Shown one piece after another: positions 11,384 through 23,118 of a stretch of DNA of 64,000 nt. Origin of the DNA: Corallochytrium limacisporum Hawaii (taxonomy: Eukaryota > Protista > Pluriformea); NCBI GenBank assembly GCA_002811645.1, contig PDIP01000020.1, positions 112,305 through 176,304 on the forward strand, read 5' to 3'. The position numbers and the translations under genes are program-made. Position 1 is the stretch's first letter; every line of letters begins with the position of its first letter. Below the pieces are notes generated by a model. It made no database searches. It was given only the letters and a program-made list of their open reading frames with translations, and had not been told where the DNA came from.

Positions 11384-14266
11384 TTAGTCGTTTTTCTCGT
11401 GCTTGCCATTGATCCGCGCTGGTGAAGAGAGGCAGGGTACCTCCGAATCCTGACCAGAAGTCAACGCGTGCTCGCCCTCAGCATTGTCAGAATGGTCCCC
11501 AATGCGCGGCGATGCCATCAAAGACCCATCATTGTCCATGCTTGTGTCGATTAGAATGCCGTTGGTTGAGCAGGAATCGTCGAGGGAAGCTCCGTTTTCG
11601 GATTTCCCTTTGCTCTGTGTGTAGTCCATGTCCTCTTGCATGGCAGACATTATGTCCGTCTCCAGGGTAGAATCACGCTTTCGGGGGATCAACGGCACGG
11701 CCTTCGAAGACTCGGAGACGCCGGCAAGAAAGCCAACAATGCTTTGCTGGTAGGAATTCTCTATAAATTCTTCGGCGGTCTTCGGTCCGTTCTTATCGTC
11801 TTGGATGACATTGAAGGACAGTGTGGGTCCCATCCAGTAGTAACGAGGCTTCAGGGCCCGCGTTTGCGTCTCCAGCTGGCTAATGAGCTCAGAAGGATTG
11901 CGACCATTCTGTGCCTGACGGTTCAAATACCTACCAGGCACCTCAGCATCACTGACAGGGACACCGACCGTGGGACTGTGTTCAGCTGTTGCGATAGCTC
12001 CATGTGTCGGAGACTGCGGACTTGGTTGCTTCGCACTGCCTTTCTTTTTCTTCTTCTTCTTCTTGCTCTTCGGTGAGGTGCTGCCCTCTGCATTGGTGTT
12101 AGGTACCCCAACGTCATCGGTGGATCCAATGCTGACATTGTCGTCGTCCATGGCCGTTTTCTTGCTCACGGCGTGTCCCATAAGATCGACCTTAGGTTGC
12201 TTCAAGAGATAGGTCCAATTCGTGGTAGCAGCAGGCACCCGAGAGCCCACGAAGTACTCCTTATCGTCGCTCTTTCTACACACGTCCCACAGTCGCCACG
12301 GCTGTGCTGTGATTGACAAAAACCCTTCGGAGAACAAGTTGCTCGAAGGGGCATCAATGGGTTCCAAACTCATCCTGTACATCGGTACAAGACCACGAAT
12401 ACTTGCTGCATTCATGAGGTATAGCTCGTTGTTTTGATTCGGCATGCGAGTTAACCACACCGCTGCCGGGATGTAGTTCCACACACCACTCACATCCTGC
12501 TTACCCTTCGTGCTACTACCCTGGCGCTTGCTGGCCTCCTGCAACTGTTCCGCATTAAGGTTCAGGAACCTCACGCGGGCCTGTGGACCGACATCGGTGA
12601 TCATGCTAGCCCGTGGTGCCTCAAGTCCCGCGCTGGCATGTGCATAATCGTTGCGATTGGTACGACCAAGTTCAGAGTGGGCAAAGGCATCAATCTGGCC
12701 TCCTTCCGGTTGGATACAATACATATGCGTTGTGCCCCTACTTGTGCTGACGGCTACATAGCGCAGGTCGGGACTAAATGAGATGCTTTGGACCTGAGCA
12801 GGAGTAACACCACGTTGTAGCTGGTACATGAGGCGAACATTGCAAGGCAGGGAATTGCAAGGCAGTGTTTGTTGTTCATCTGGTTCAATGCTGAACACAT
12901 GGAAATGACGACCAGAGGCCGACGTCGTGAACAACAACCGGCCAGACGGGTCAAATTCAAGAGCGCCCACACCCTTACGATGCGCCTGGAACCGAGCAAT
13001 CATTTCTCCACTAGCAGTATCCAATATGGCCACAATGCCAGTCTTAGCGGCACTGCCTTCCGTGTCCTCCAGATCACTCTCCATGGACGCATCGACTGAA
13101 CTCTTGGAATCGTTTCCGCCAGACTTCGTCCCGTCATCCTGCTTGCTACCGCGCCTCATGTAATACTGTGCTTGCTTGATACCAAGATCTGAGAAGTGTA
13201 AGACAGTAGAGGAGATACCACGAGCAGCTTTGGCCGCCATTCCAGTCAGCTGCTGGGCACTGATGCTACCTCTACCGGGTTTCCAGTTATTGTCACTCAA
13301 GCGGTCACTATCGCTACGTTCCCTCTCAACATCCGACGAGAAGGCAGCGGCACCACCCTCATCCTGCGGCATATCTCTGGTTTCGTAGGCAACCCAGCGC
13401 CTTCCAACGGCAAAAGCGCGAATGCCACTGCAGCGAGCGCGACCATTCGCAACTGGCTGAAAATCAGTGTGGAACGGGGCGCACAGGTTGACGCACCGCA
13501 TAGTATGCTCGACGGCACTGTCAAGGATAGGGAGGCCAACAATGTCGTCAATCTTCCATATGACCTGCAGATCAAACGGATGCATGGCAATCAACTCATT
13601 CCGCGATGTCATAACCATGACTGCCCGACAGTTGCTGCCAATATGGAGCACGACGCCTGCGTCTACCTCCACTTCCTTCAAGTCCACTGCCGCAGTTGCA
13701 CTGCTGCCCTTCAAAGATCGAAAATGAATGGTTGATTTCCCATGGAGCGCGTACGCAATCAGCGGCCGATGGTGTGCAAACAAGTCCGGTCGGTTGGCGC
13801 CACCCTGTGAGTAGAGTGACCTGTGAGGCTGCTGACACAGTGTAACGTCAGCGACGAGGCCGCTGCGCATCGAGTGCACTTCAATAAAGAATCCTTGTCC
13901 ATCAAAGTCACATTCCCAAATCTGAAACCCAGTGGCGTAACCGACAATCAAGAACAACATGCTGGTGCCGTTTTGTTTCACTACCAGTTCCTCGAAGCGG
14001 TACCAGAGCACGACCTCAAGAGTTGGTATTGAACGATGTTGTTCATCGTGTGGATCGGCCTCTACCTTGGGCTGAATCTCTGCTCCTTGCACTTTGTGAT
14101 ATGCAGACGCTGCAGCTGAACCAACATTTCTGGCTAATCCTGGCAGATAGTCCAGAAGCAACCCAGAAATGGCGTCCAGTAATGTTTTCTCGGAGATACG
14201 ATAAGGTTTGGCTACCTTTCCGCCCGACTTGTCTCTCCTCGCGGATAAGGGACTCAAGGAAGTCAT
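11384..14266 (-). CDS. BCAS3: BCAS3-like WD40 beta-propeller autophagy protein (ATG18f-h-like)
   Basis: GYATGFQIW, AVGRRWVAY, FQAHRKGVGALEFDPSGRLLFT, LQRGVTPAQVQSISFSPDLRYVAVSTSRGTTHMY..P.GG. Confidence 0.88.
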   Translation of the reverse strand: MTSLSPLSARRDKSGGKVAKPYRISEKTLLDAISGLLLDYLPGLARNVGSAAASAYHKVQGAEIQPKVEADPHDEQHRSIPTLEVVLWYRFEELVVKQNGTSMLFLIVGYATGFQIWECDFDGQGFFIEVHSMRSGLVADVTLCQQPHRSLYSQGGANRPDLFAHHRPLIAYALHGKSTIHFRSLKGSSATAAVDLKEVEVDAGVVLHIGSNCRAVMVMTSRNELIAMHPFDLQVIWKIDDIVGLPILDSAVEHTMRCVNLCAPFHTDFQPVANGRARCSGIRAFAVGRRWVAYETRDMPQDEGGAAAFSSDVERERSDSDRLSDNNWKPGRGSISAQQLTGMAAKAARGISSTVLHFSDLGIKQAQYYMRRGSKQDDGTKSGGNDSKSSVDASMESDLEDTEGSAAKTGIVAILDTASGEMIARFQAHRKGVGALEFDPSGRLLFTTSASGRHFHVFSIEPDEQQTLPCNSLPCNVRLMYQLQRGVTPAQVQSISFSPDLRYVAVSTSRGTTHMYCIQPEGGQIDAFAHSELGRTNRNDYAHASAGLEAPRASMITDVGPQARVRFLNLNAEQLQEASKRQGSSTKGKQDVSGVWNYIPAAVWLTRMPNQNNELYLMNAASIRGLVPMYRMSLEPIDAPSSNLFSEGFLSITAQPWRLWDVCRKSDDKEYFVGSRVPAATTNWTYLLKQPKVDLMGHAVSKKTAMDDDNVSIGSTDDVGVPNTNAEGSTSPKSKKKKKKKKGSAKQPSPQSPTHGAIATAEHSPTVGVPVSDAEVPGRYLNRQAQNGRNPSELISQLETQTRALKPRYYWMGPTLSFNVIQDDKNGPKTAEEFIENSYQQSIVGFLAGVSESSKAVPLIPRKRDSTLETDIMSAMQEDMDYTQSKGKSENGASLDDSCSTNGILIDTSMDNDGSLMASPRIGDHSDNAEGEHALTSGQDSEVPCLSSPARINGKHEKND

Positions 14267-16842
14267 TCTTCCGTTATTGAAATGAAACTACTACGCTACG
14301 GCTAATTCAGGTCATCCTGAAACATGCAATCGGAAAGCTGATTCCACTTGTTGGTCACTATTCTAATATCTCGTGTCCGCGGTATGTCACTATGATTCGC
14401 CGGTCAATGAGTACTATATCACTTCAGCACTGTCAGTGCTTAATGAGATTGGGTCTTTTTCATAGGCATATGTATGGAACACTGTGGCTTTGAAATACTC
14501 TATCAGCCGAAAACCGAGGGACTGGTCCATCGAAAACGAACCCAATCCTTCTGTCCAGTTCCACCAGCGGCCGCAGTCGATTCGCGCCAGAAACCTGGCC
14601 CCCGCTTTTGCTCGGAGATTGGGAGGGCTGCGCGGCTGGCACACAGCAACGCCCCGCTTCACTGAAATTCAGGGGAACCGTGCGGCAATGAAATCAAGCG
14701 TTATACATTTAGTAGGGCGTCCGAAAAATTCTTAAATGCCACGACACAAGGTACCACTGCCTGCAGGGAGCGGGTGAGGCAGAGTCCGCCCGGCTCGGCA
14801 TTGAAACCCGGTCTCAAGCAGGACCGACCAGGAGTGATGGGCAGCCACCGCACTCAACGGGAGGGCCCGAAGCCGGGCAGTGAGGGTGCGCCGAGTTGGA
14901 AAGTTTCGTGGCTGCTCAGTTACAATGGCAGACATCAGTGGACGTCAATAAGGGAGAGAAGCGATTAAAGGGGGGGGAGGTAAGGGCACCGGGATTTGCT
15001 CCGTTGTGACTCCGCCGGCCTTGCCGGTTTATGGGTGCAAATTGAATGGCTCGGTAATAACACGACTCTGCACCCACGGTTGTGGTGCAAAACCGGGCGG
15101 TTCCGCGAGAAAAAATATTTTTTACGCAGTGACAAAAACAGAAAATGGGCTAAGTGGCCAGATGTAAATGTATGGAGCTGAGAGACCCACCTCTACCGTG
15201 TTGTTTTGGTGCTCACCATCCTCCCCTATATGATCTTTCTTGGAGCAGCCGCGAGAACATTGTCGAGGGTGCCCGGTTGTAATAAAAAGCCAGTCCACAG
15301 ATTCGTATCTGATCCTCAGACTTGGGCCGCTGGAAAACTCTTGGCTGTTGCCTCCGCTTTCTGCAACATGCGTCACTGGTTTGCAGGTAGACACTTACAG
15401 TATGATAGTACCTAATACGTGACGCCGTTTTCGCTGTGGTATTGTGCGGAACACTAAGACAGCTTGCTGGCCCCGCAGCCCTTTCACTCCCCATGCCTTA
15501 CAGATTGTGATCGACGCGAGAATGTGCATAGTAGTGCGCGTTCACAGAGATTTCACTCTCATCGGACACATGCCTGCCCGGCGTCGATGGCTTGCTGTGA
15601 GCAAATGCTGCCCAGCATACCCCAATATTGAACTTGCAAAGCCCTGGTCGGGCTTTCGGAGGGGGAGCGGGTGGGCGGCTGCTGCCGATTGCGACAACGC
15701 TGGCCACCCAGTGCTGGGCTCGCCCAGCCAGATACCATTGTGATCTTGGTCCTGGCAAACTTCGCCATGGATTTCTTTGTAATCAAAGCGTTCATGTCTT
15801 CATGTCCTTTGTGAAAATCCCGACACATCCACACAGTACACTGCGATCGGGCAGTTGGTCAATCTACTCAAAATGCCCTAGGCTGGTAAGAGTGTCCACA
15901 GAAGGGGAGCAATATCATCTCTTGGCACCCACAAATCCCATGCTATGCAATGCCATGCCACGCTCAGCTTTCTCAGCAGAGGATCCCGATCATCCTCTAG
16001 TCCGAAAGTCTTTCTTGCTACCTGACGTTCAGTTGATAGCTGTTCGCTCCGACATCATGACCGGCAGTCGTTTTGGCAATGTGTTCGTCATCTCCGGAAA
16101 ACTAAAAAAAGCCCCTTCGCTAGTGTTAGTCCACCGCCACGCCACATCCAGTCTCCTCCGCCATCAAATCCGGTACCGAACGCCATAAGAAGCCAGGTTG
16201 GTACACTACGCACCCAGGGAAGTGTCACTAAACGGTAACGACCCGCGACTGGGCATTTGCATCTTATCTATGGTCCGCTGCGCACTCTCTCCGGTATTTT
16301 TTTTCTCAGCGATTTTTTCTTGTTCACCACTTCGAGAACACATCCAGGGGGCAGCGGAGCCTGCAAAAATCTTTGCGTCATGCAGCCTTGCCCTCTTCAG
16401 ACAAGCCTTCTATTCGACCAGCCCATATAAAATATATGGGTTCAAGGGAGCACGGACGGGAACCCCCTTGGCGACCGGGAACCCCTCTATTTCTTTCGGC
16501 CGGCCTGGGGCCAGGGTTAAGTGTTGGAAAGGAAAGCACGCAGTTTCATAGTGTAGGTGGGTCAACTCGAATTACTTGCTGCCAATGGCCTTGTTAACAG
16601 TTGAGGACGTTTTGAATCAAGTGGGTACGGATGCGGAACGGTTAAGTTTCGTGCTGGCGGTTTCCTGCATTCAATGATTCAAGTAGAAAAGAGAACGAAA
16701 ACTTGCTAACGCGGAGGTCCTCGGGTACATACACTTCTGTGGACAACGCAACGGCCAGTTAAAGTCTACGAGCGGGGAATCAGTTCCTTAGTATGCGACA
16801 TTATCTGTAGCGAATAACCTAGATATTCAGGTCAGATCCCGT

Positions 16843-17886
16843 ATGGTTTCGGAACGAAACTACCCGCACCCGAGACAGTCGAGTGATGGCGGGAGCAGTA
16901 ATGCACAGATCAGTTCTCCATTGATTCCGAAGGCTCTTGGAAAGAGGCCAGCGGAGACAGAAGATGGCGTAAGGGCATCGGATACGAATAGTCTTCGCTA
17001 TAGCGTGGATTTGAAGACAGAATCAGACAATGGTAGCCAGTCGGGTGATCTTTTTGCAGATGACCGGGCAATGCTTCGAGAGGAGTATGAACCATCATTC
17101 ATGCGCCATTTCAATGCACGGAACCGGAAAATTGCGTTGGGACTATTTGTGTTTCTGGCAGTCTTGAGTGCAGTTCTTACTTTCATTTTCCGCAAGGAAC
17201 TGTTCGCATTCTTTGAAATGTTTGCAGAAAAAGTGAGAAGCTTAGGTTTCTGGGGTGTGCTGCTCATGTACTTGGCACTGGTGGCCACTGGGTTTCCTCC
17301 GGTATTTGGATACATGTGGCTGCTGTTGCTGTCCGGTTTCATTTATGGGTGGTATGGATTCTTTCTGAGTTGGGCCGGGTCCGTGTCAGGTGCGACAGCG
17401 TGCTTCCTACTAACTCGATTTTATTTCAAGGATCTTGCTGTGCGGGAACTGGTACGTGTATATCCGGAGACCTACCCAGTGATTTCGCGGGCAATTGAGC
17501 AGGAAGGGCTCAAGATGGTAGTTCTAGTCCGTCTGGCACCCTACCCATTCGGGTTCATGAATAGTTTGTTTGCAGTATCTCCCGTCACGTTTTCAAAGTA
17601 CATAGCCGGTACAGCCATTGCCAAGACTAAGCTGCTTGTCCATACGTGGATTGGTGTTACTCTGAGTGATCTCAGTGACATTATCAACGGTGGGTCATGG
17701 CAACAGAAGGAAGTAGAGATTGCTGCTGGCATAGTTGGCGCCATCGTCGCGGTCGTGGTGATGTGGTGGAGCTATAAGATATCAACAGAGGCTATTGCTA
17801 GGCACAAGGTTGACAGGAACAATCTGGAGATGGAGGGGTCCGCAGAATCATTGGACGTGACCACAGTGGGCCATGAGAATGCCTAA
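16843..17886 (+). CDS. Tvp38/TMEM64 (SNARE-associated, DedA/VTT domain) membrane protein
   Basis: FPPVFGY, GFIYG, LVRLAPYPFGFMN, KLLVHTWIG; several TM helices. Confidence 0.9.
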   Translation: MVSERNYPHPRQSSDGGSSNAQISSPLIPKALGKRPAETEDGVRASDTNSLRYSVDLKTESDNGSQSGDLFADDRAMLREEYEPSFMRHFNARNRKIALGLFVFLAVLSAVLTFIFRKELFAFFEMFAEKVRSLGFWGVLLMYLALVATGFPPVFGYMWLLLLSGFIYGWYGFFLSWAGSVSGATACFLLTRFYFKDLAVRELVRVYPETYPVISRAIEQEGLKMVVLVRLAPYPFGFMNSLFAVSPVTFSKYIAGTAIAKTKLLVHTWIGVTLSDLSDIINGGSWQQKEVEIAAGIVGAIVAVVVMWWSYKISTEAIARHKVDRNNLEMEGSAESLDVTTVGHENA

Positions 17887-17952
17887 ACGTAAAACTTAGT
17901 ACTTAAAGAAGTCTTCATTGCGATGTTTAATACTTTTTAGTCATGTGCGTAC

Positions 17953-18891
17953 TTATGACTTTCCTGATCCAGCCCAGCCAACACTATGATAAATCGGTGC
18001 ATCGATTTTCTTTCCTGCCATCGCAAGTAAAACTGTCTTTCTCGTGGATGTACCCAACCGTCCAGCGGCCACCAGGTCCATCATGGAGAAGTGGGGTTCA
18101 TCGTGGTCAATCACAATCGCAATGAATTGAGAATGGAAGGCATTTGGATCTCCATGGTACACCAAAAAGTCTCCCCCGAACTTCAGACCAGATGTCAACC
18201 AGTATCCTCGAGCGTGGAGATCCCTATATACGAGGTATCGAGCCAAGCGAATCCCATCCTCGTCGTGTTTGAATATATCCTCGGGATCCTTCTCGATGTA
18301 TCCTTGTCGCTGGTCGTCATACGTAGGCGGAATCGTGCGTCTCACAGCGGACAGGAAATCCACAACGGTTTTTAGGTGTACCCTGGCCGTTTCCGGGTTC
18401 TCCAGGTCGGCAGCTTCCTTTTCCAACGACAAACCTCGGGCTTCACGCTGCTCCTTCCAGTTTAAGAGTGCTTTTTGTGCTGATACCCGGTGCTCGTCCT
18501 GTCGATGCTGGTAATTGGCATGATGGTCCATCCAAACGCTGTCGGTCGGTATCTCAACAAACTTGACAGTTGGTTCTAGTTCTCGCAAAAGCTGTGCTTC
18601 CTCCCGCATGAGTTTTAGCGGCAAGGAATGCTGATCATTCTGGGCAGAGAAACGTGGATGTACACCCACAAGAGCCCCAAGGATACGGTGCTTTATATGC
18701 AGATACGCGATCTCGCGCACAGAGTAGATAAAAAACTCAAAGCATTGGTTTGAGGGAGCGGAATGGCTGTGACCATGGCTCTGGAGAAAAATATTGATGC
18801 CATCTGGAGGACCTGTTGGACTTTCGAGCCATTCTTGCACTTCCGCTATGATAGCATCAGCGTCCTCCAGGAACTGCTGATCCTTTATCAT
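17953..18891 (-). CDS. TSEN34: tRNA-splicing endonuclease catalytic subunit Sen34
   Basis: LPLKLMREEAQLL, VYRDLHARGYWLTSGLKFGGDFLVYHGDPNAFHS, GRLGTSTRK, with the catalytic Tyr/His/Lys present. Confidence 0.93.
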   Translation of the reverse strand: MIKDQQFLEDADAIIAEVQEWLESPTGPPDGINIFLQSHGHSHSAPSNQCFEFFIYSVREIAYLHIKHRILGALVGVHPRFSAQNDQHSLPLKLMREEAQLLRELEPTVKFVEIPTDSVWMDHHANYQHRQDEHRVSAQKALLNWKEQREARGLSLEKEAADLENPETARVHLKTVVDFLSAVRRTIPPTYDDQRQGYIEKDPEDIFKHDEDGIRLARYLVYRDLHARGYWLTSGLKFGGDFLVYHGDPNAFHSQFIAIVIDHDEPHFSMMDLVAAGRLGTSTRKTVLLAMAGKKIDAPIYHSVGWAGSGKS

Positions 18892-19499
18892 AGTGTGTAT
18901 GCGAGAAGATCACGACTCCATTCTTGGTAATTTTCTATGCGAGATACTCTCAAGTTCGACTGACAAATGATCAAAGCGGTTCCTAATGATAGACATCACA
19001 GGTCCTAGTACCTTGGCCGGCTATCGTTGGTCTTCTCTTTGTTCCGTGAGTATGCAGTTGCTTGCGAACTCTCAGAGTCTCGGGTCGAACTACCAGCGCT
19101 GGCCTCAGCACCACAAAACCGCCCTCTTTCCTCCTAACCGAGTCGACGCCCGCACGACGGGGGAAGGGCTTTGGCTACCGGGTCCCCACATGCAAAAAGG
19201 GACCGTACAGAGAGAGAGGGAGCTTGGCAGGCTTTCCTGTAGACAAACAGTTTGCAAGGCTTGGCGACCACAGGAATATTGTATACATCACTCTGTGCTG
19301 GTTTATGGTATTTTAAGAATGACCTGATGAAAATCATACTACCGTAATAACGGGCTTGCAAACATTGAAGTTCATCCACTATTTTGCACTGGTTTAAAAG
19401 GTTTTCGTGTTTGCCATTGGTTTTTTATCGCAAGGTATGTTGCGGTTCGTTTTCTGTGGATTCGGCCTTATAAAAATATAATCTACACGCTGGCGTAGA

Positions 19500-20450
19500 A
19501 TGGTACGCGAATACGAGTACCGTGGCCGTGGAAGGGGTCGTGGTCGTGGAGGCTATCGGGGACCACCTCATGGAGAATACTATGACGACCGCGACCGTCG
19601 AGGACCCCCTCGTGGTCGTGGCGGACCGCCTGGTGGTTACTACGATGATCGTGGAGGCAGAAGATACAGAGGACGTGGAGGATCCTACCAAGCGCCACCC
19701 GGCCGCGGATATGACGACGACCGGGAATACCGCCCTTTGCCTCGCGGGAGCATGCCAGGATATGGAGACAGACCCCCCCCTGGTGAGGACATGCGGGCTT
19801 CAGCAAGCTACGCGCCCCCGGTGGACAGACGCGGATCTCGAGGAGTGCCTCCGGATCTACGCGGCATGGCGCCTTCCGAAGCTAGAGAACATAGAGAACC
19901 CGCATCTGGAACATCCAATGCAGCCGGAGGCGTTCCGGACGTACCACCTGGTCAGGGGTTGCCACCGGGAGACTCCGGAATGATACCCGGGGGGGGCATG
20001 GCTGGCAGTGGACCTTCGGCAGGCGGACCTCTTCCGCCATTGAACATGCCACCGGGGGATGGTAGACCTCCGATGAATGGCCCGCCGTCTCACAGGGCAT
20101 CTATGGGGGAGCGGCCTCCCGGTTTCGGACCTCCGCACCGTGGTCCACCCCCAAACTTCCGGGGCCGCCGTCGATCCAGACCGGCATCGAATTTGAGGCC
20201 AGTACGTGATCCCCGTGCTCTGGAACCATTCACAAGCGCCAAGATCGAAGAATTGGAGAGACAGATAGAGGCTGTGCAACGCGAGGGAATGACACTACGG
20301 GCAGGGCAGGACCCCATGACACACGTAATGGCAGGAGACGCAGCATGGGCAACACGGCGTGCACTTCGTGATCTTGATGTCGCCACAGCCAAAGTTGAGG
20401 CCCATGAACTTGAGATCAATGCTCTGAAAAGCTTGGCATCGGGCTCATAA
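19500..20450 (+). CDS. Uncharacterised RG/RGG- and Pro/Gly-rich protein with C-terminal coiled coil
   Basis: 316-aa ATG-initiated ORF; RGRGRGRGG and YYDD repeats, then a helical C-terminus. Family not recognised. Confidence 0.8.
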   Translation: MVREYEYRGRGRGRGRGGYRGPPHGEYYDDRDRRGPPRGRGGPPGGYYDDRGGRRYRGRGGSYQAPPGRGYDDDREYRPLPRGSMPGYGDRPPPGEDMRASASYAPPVDRRGSRGVPPDLRGMAPSEAREHREPASGTSNAAGGVPDVPPGQGLPPGDSGMIPGGGMAGSGPSAGGPLPPLNMPPGDGRPPMNGPPSHRASMGERPPGFGPPHRGPPPNFRGRRRSRPASNLRPVRDPRALEPFTSAKIEELERQIEAVQREGMTLRAGQDPMTHVMAGDAAWATRRALRDLDVATAKVEAHELEINALKSLASGS

Positions 20451-20540
20451 GAGATAAGAGATATATATATACATCTTGATTTGTCTTGCTTTAGTACGCA
20501 TTTTACAGGTCTTTGAATACTTTTGCACGTTATGATCATT

Positions 20541-21536
20541 TCATATTTCTTCACACTCGACAGTGCTGAGATCCGGGGCTTCGATGAGGTCATTGTTGCC
20601 AATAAGACGGAGCTCCCGGGCCATGCAGTTCTTTCGTTGCTCTCTGCATTCAGGATCTCCTGTCATGGTCACATAGCGTTCATGTGTGGCCTTCAGAACC
20701 CCCGCCATAATTGCAGCGACATGCTTCAAGGCAAGAGGAGTGTCGCTGGGGTATTTGGTCGTCTGAGCCAGCAACATAGCCGCGAAGAGATCACCTGTGC
20801 CGGTGAAGCTACCCGGCAAAGCAGTGATCTGGAGCCGCCACATCTTCTTTGTGCCATCCTCCAACTTCTCGCTGGCATAAATTGAGACCTTACCATTGCT
20901 GCTAGGATCATCTTCGAGCTGTGAGCTGGTGATCACGACCAACGAAGGGCCCTTGTCATGAATGAAGTCGATGGCCTTCGTCAGATCAGCCAAAGTTCTA
21001 ACAGTGATTCCACTAATGTGTTCCAATTCAAATTGATTTGGGGTTACCTCGTCGGCGACAGGTAGAACCTCGTCCCTATAGATTTCCACAAGGTCAGGAG
21101 GAGTGTAAAATTCTCCATCATCACCCATAACAGGGTCGCAAACGTAGCGGAACGGCTGGTTAAGTTTCGCTCTGACTTCGCGGATCGCGTTTACAAGGGA
21201 TACGATCTGTCGAAGGAATGATGCATTTCCAACATATCCAGTCAGTAGATGCGCGATTCCATTTTGAAGCCCATTATCACACATTCCTTCATATAGTGCA
21301 TCAAGTTGCTCACCACTAAGTCGCTCACCCTTGATACCTTTTATATATCCGGTATGATTCGAGAACTGGACGGAGTTAATGACGTCAACTTCGAATCCTA
21401 GTAGCTGCAGAGGAAAAGTGGCAGACCTGTTGCCAACATATCCAGACACCACATGGGATTGAATGGACAAGACTCTGGAGTCTCTGTTATCGTTCTGTAG
21501 AATGGCAGAACTGCGCCTTCGCTCCAAAGCACCCAT
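20541..21536 (-). CDS. PDXK: Pyridoxal kinase
   Basis: RVLSIQSHVVSGYVGNRSATFPLQLLG, VQFSNHTGY, VCDPVMGD, TPNQFE, FTGTGDLF. Confidence 0.98.
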   Translation of the reverse strand: MGALERRRSSAILQNDNRDSRVLSIQSHVVSGYVGNRSATFPLQLLGFEVDVINSVQFSNHTGYIKGIKGERLSGEQLDALYEGMCDNGLQNGIAHLLTGYVGNASFLRQIVSLVNAIREVRAKLNQPFRYVCDPVMGDDGEFYTPPDLVEIYRDEVLPVADEVTPNQFELEHISGITVRTLADLTKAIDFIHDKGPSLVVITSSQLEDDPSSNGKVSIYASEKLEDGTKKMWRLQITALPGSFTGTGDLFAAMLLAQTTKYPSDTPLALKHVAAIMAGVLKATHERYVTMTGDPECREQRKNCMARELRLIGNNDLIEAPDLSTVECEEI

Positions 21537-22260
21537 CGTGTATTCCTTTCTAGGGTTTCGCTATTCAATCTTTTCAAGAAACTGACACTCTATCGTATGT
21601 TCCAAAGATCAGCTGGTTTACGTACCTGCTTTGTGCCTCGCTGTTGCGTTTGATTTCATTCCTACAGCCGCCACCAACAGTATGCACCTCCTTTGGTCCC
21701 CACCTTCCGGCTCTGCACTCAACACACCACAGTACACAATTGCTGACTTGTTCGATTTGTAGCGCTCGAGACAGATGTCTCCGAGCCCCCTTCCCAAGGG
21801 GGAAGGGGGTATGTGCCGGGCCCAGCGGAGCCGGGCCTTACTCAGGAAAAGCGACCCCTTTGGACCCCTTCGAGTGAACGGTTCTTTCGACTGTTTCGTG
21901 ACGGTCTCTGCTCCCTCCCCATTCCTGGTGGCCTGAGACCTGGAAGGTGGGTTACGATGTACGAAGGTCGATTTTCGCCTATCACCCTCAGTACCCCCTA
22001 CCCGCTCATTTGTGCCACGCGATCTGGACGCGGGACTTGCTTGCTGCGCTCCGCGCAGAGCTTCGGCAAGGCGGACATATAGACCATAGGCGACCTTCGG
22101 AGGAAGGAGACGCGCCATGTCATTATGAGCTGGTATAAACTTACCATGATATTAGCATCGTATGTTGCTGTCACGCTTTCTCACGTTGCAACTCTTCTCT
22201 GCGCTGTAGGTTCGCCACGTTTGCGCAACAAGATTTCCACAGGTGCGCAGACGGAGCAAC

Positions 22261-23118
22261 ATGCCCATCCTTCTGGTTTGCGGAAGACCCGGGTCCGGGA
22301 AGAGTACGGTAGTAGAGAAAGTTCAACAGAAGATAAAAGAATCTGGGAAGAAGGTAACAGTCGTTTCGGAATCATATCCAGCAGGAGAAACCAAGAATAC
22401 AATCTACACAGACTCACAGAAAGAGAAGCCAGTTAGGGCATTGCTTAAAGCGGAAGTCGAAAGGCAGGTCAGTACAAAACAGACAGTCATCATAGATAGT
22501 TTGAACTATATTAAGGGATATCGATATGAGCTCTGGTGTATCGCAAGGGCAGCACGGACGACGTATGCCGTGATCCACTGTATGTGCCCACCGGAACAGG
22601 TTTTGTCGTGGAATGAAAAACGCCGGGAGGCAGACCAGTGGGAGCTTTCAGTCCTCGAAGGATTGCAACAGCGCTTTGAAGAACCGATATCTGGACAGAG
22701 ATGGGATAGTCCTTTGATTGGCATTGTGACCGACACTGAGGAGGTTCTATTAGATCAGATTGAGGCGGCTCTCTTCTCATCACAGCCACACAAACCCAAC
22801 AGTGCCACGCAACGTGCAGTGAGAGCTCCAGAGAACTTTGTTCATGATGCAGAGAAGATCACTCAAGATATCACAGCTGAGATTACAAGCGCACAAAGTG
22901 GTGGAATGTTCGTCAGCCGAATAGTTGTACCCCATTGTGACATTCCTGTGGAGCTGTCCCGTCCGCTGACGCCTGCAGACCTGCGCCGGCTGCGTCGCCA
23001 GTTCCTTAACTTCACAAAAACTTCCGCAACCATCCATGCCCGTGGAAACGATAGCATCAACCTCAGCATTGGCCATAATTTTGTCGAATTCCTGAACCGG
23101 TCCCTGGCGGACACATAG
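22261..23118 (+). CDS. KTI12: KTI12 (Elongator-associated P-loop ATPase)
   Basis: MPILLVCGRPGSGKST, DSLNYIKGYRYELWC, RFEEP...RWDSPL, LRRLRRQFL. Start placed at the ATG at 22261. Confidence 0.96.
   Translation: MPILLVCGRPGSGKSTVVEKVQQKIKESGKKVTVVSESYPAGETKNTIYTDSQKEKPVRALLKAEVERQVSTKQTVIIDSLNYIKGYRYELWCIARAARTTYAVIHCMCPPEQVLSWNEKRREADQWELSVLEGLQQRFEEPISGQRWDSPLIGIVTDTEEVLLDQIEAALFSSQPHKPNSATQRAVRAPENFVHDAEKITQDITAEITSAQSGGMFVSRIVVPHCDIPVELSRPLTPADLRRLRRQFLNFTKTSATIHARGNDSINLSIGHNFVEFLNRSLADT

Noticed and set aside
17953-23118. tRNA-metabolism cluster (TSEN34 near KTI12)
   Set aside because: Separated by unrelated genes; two housekeeping genes within 4 kb is expected in such a dense genome.
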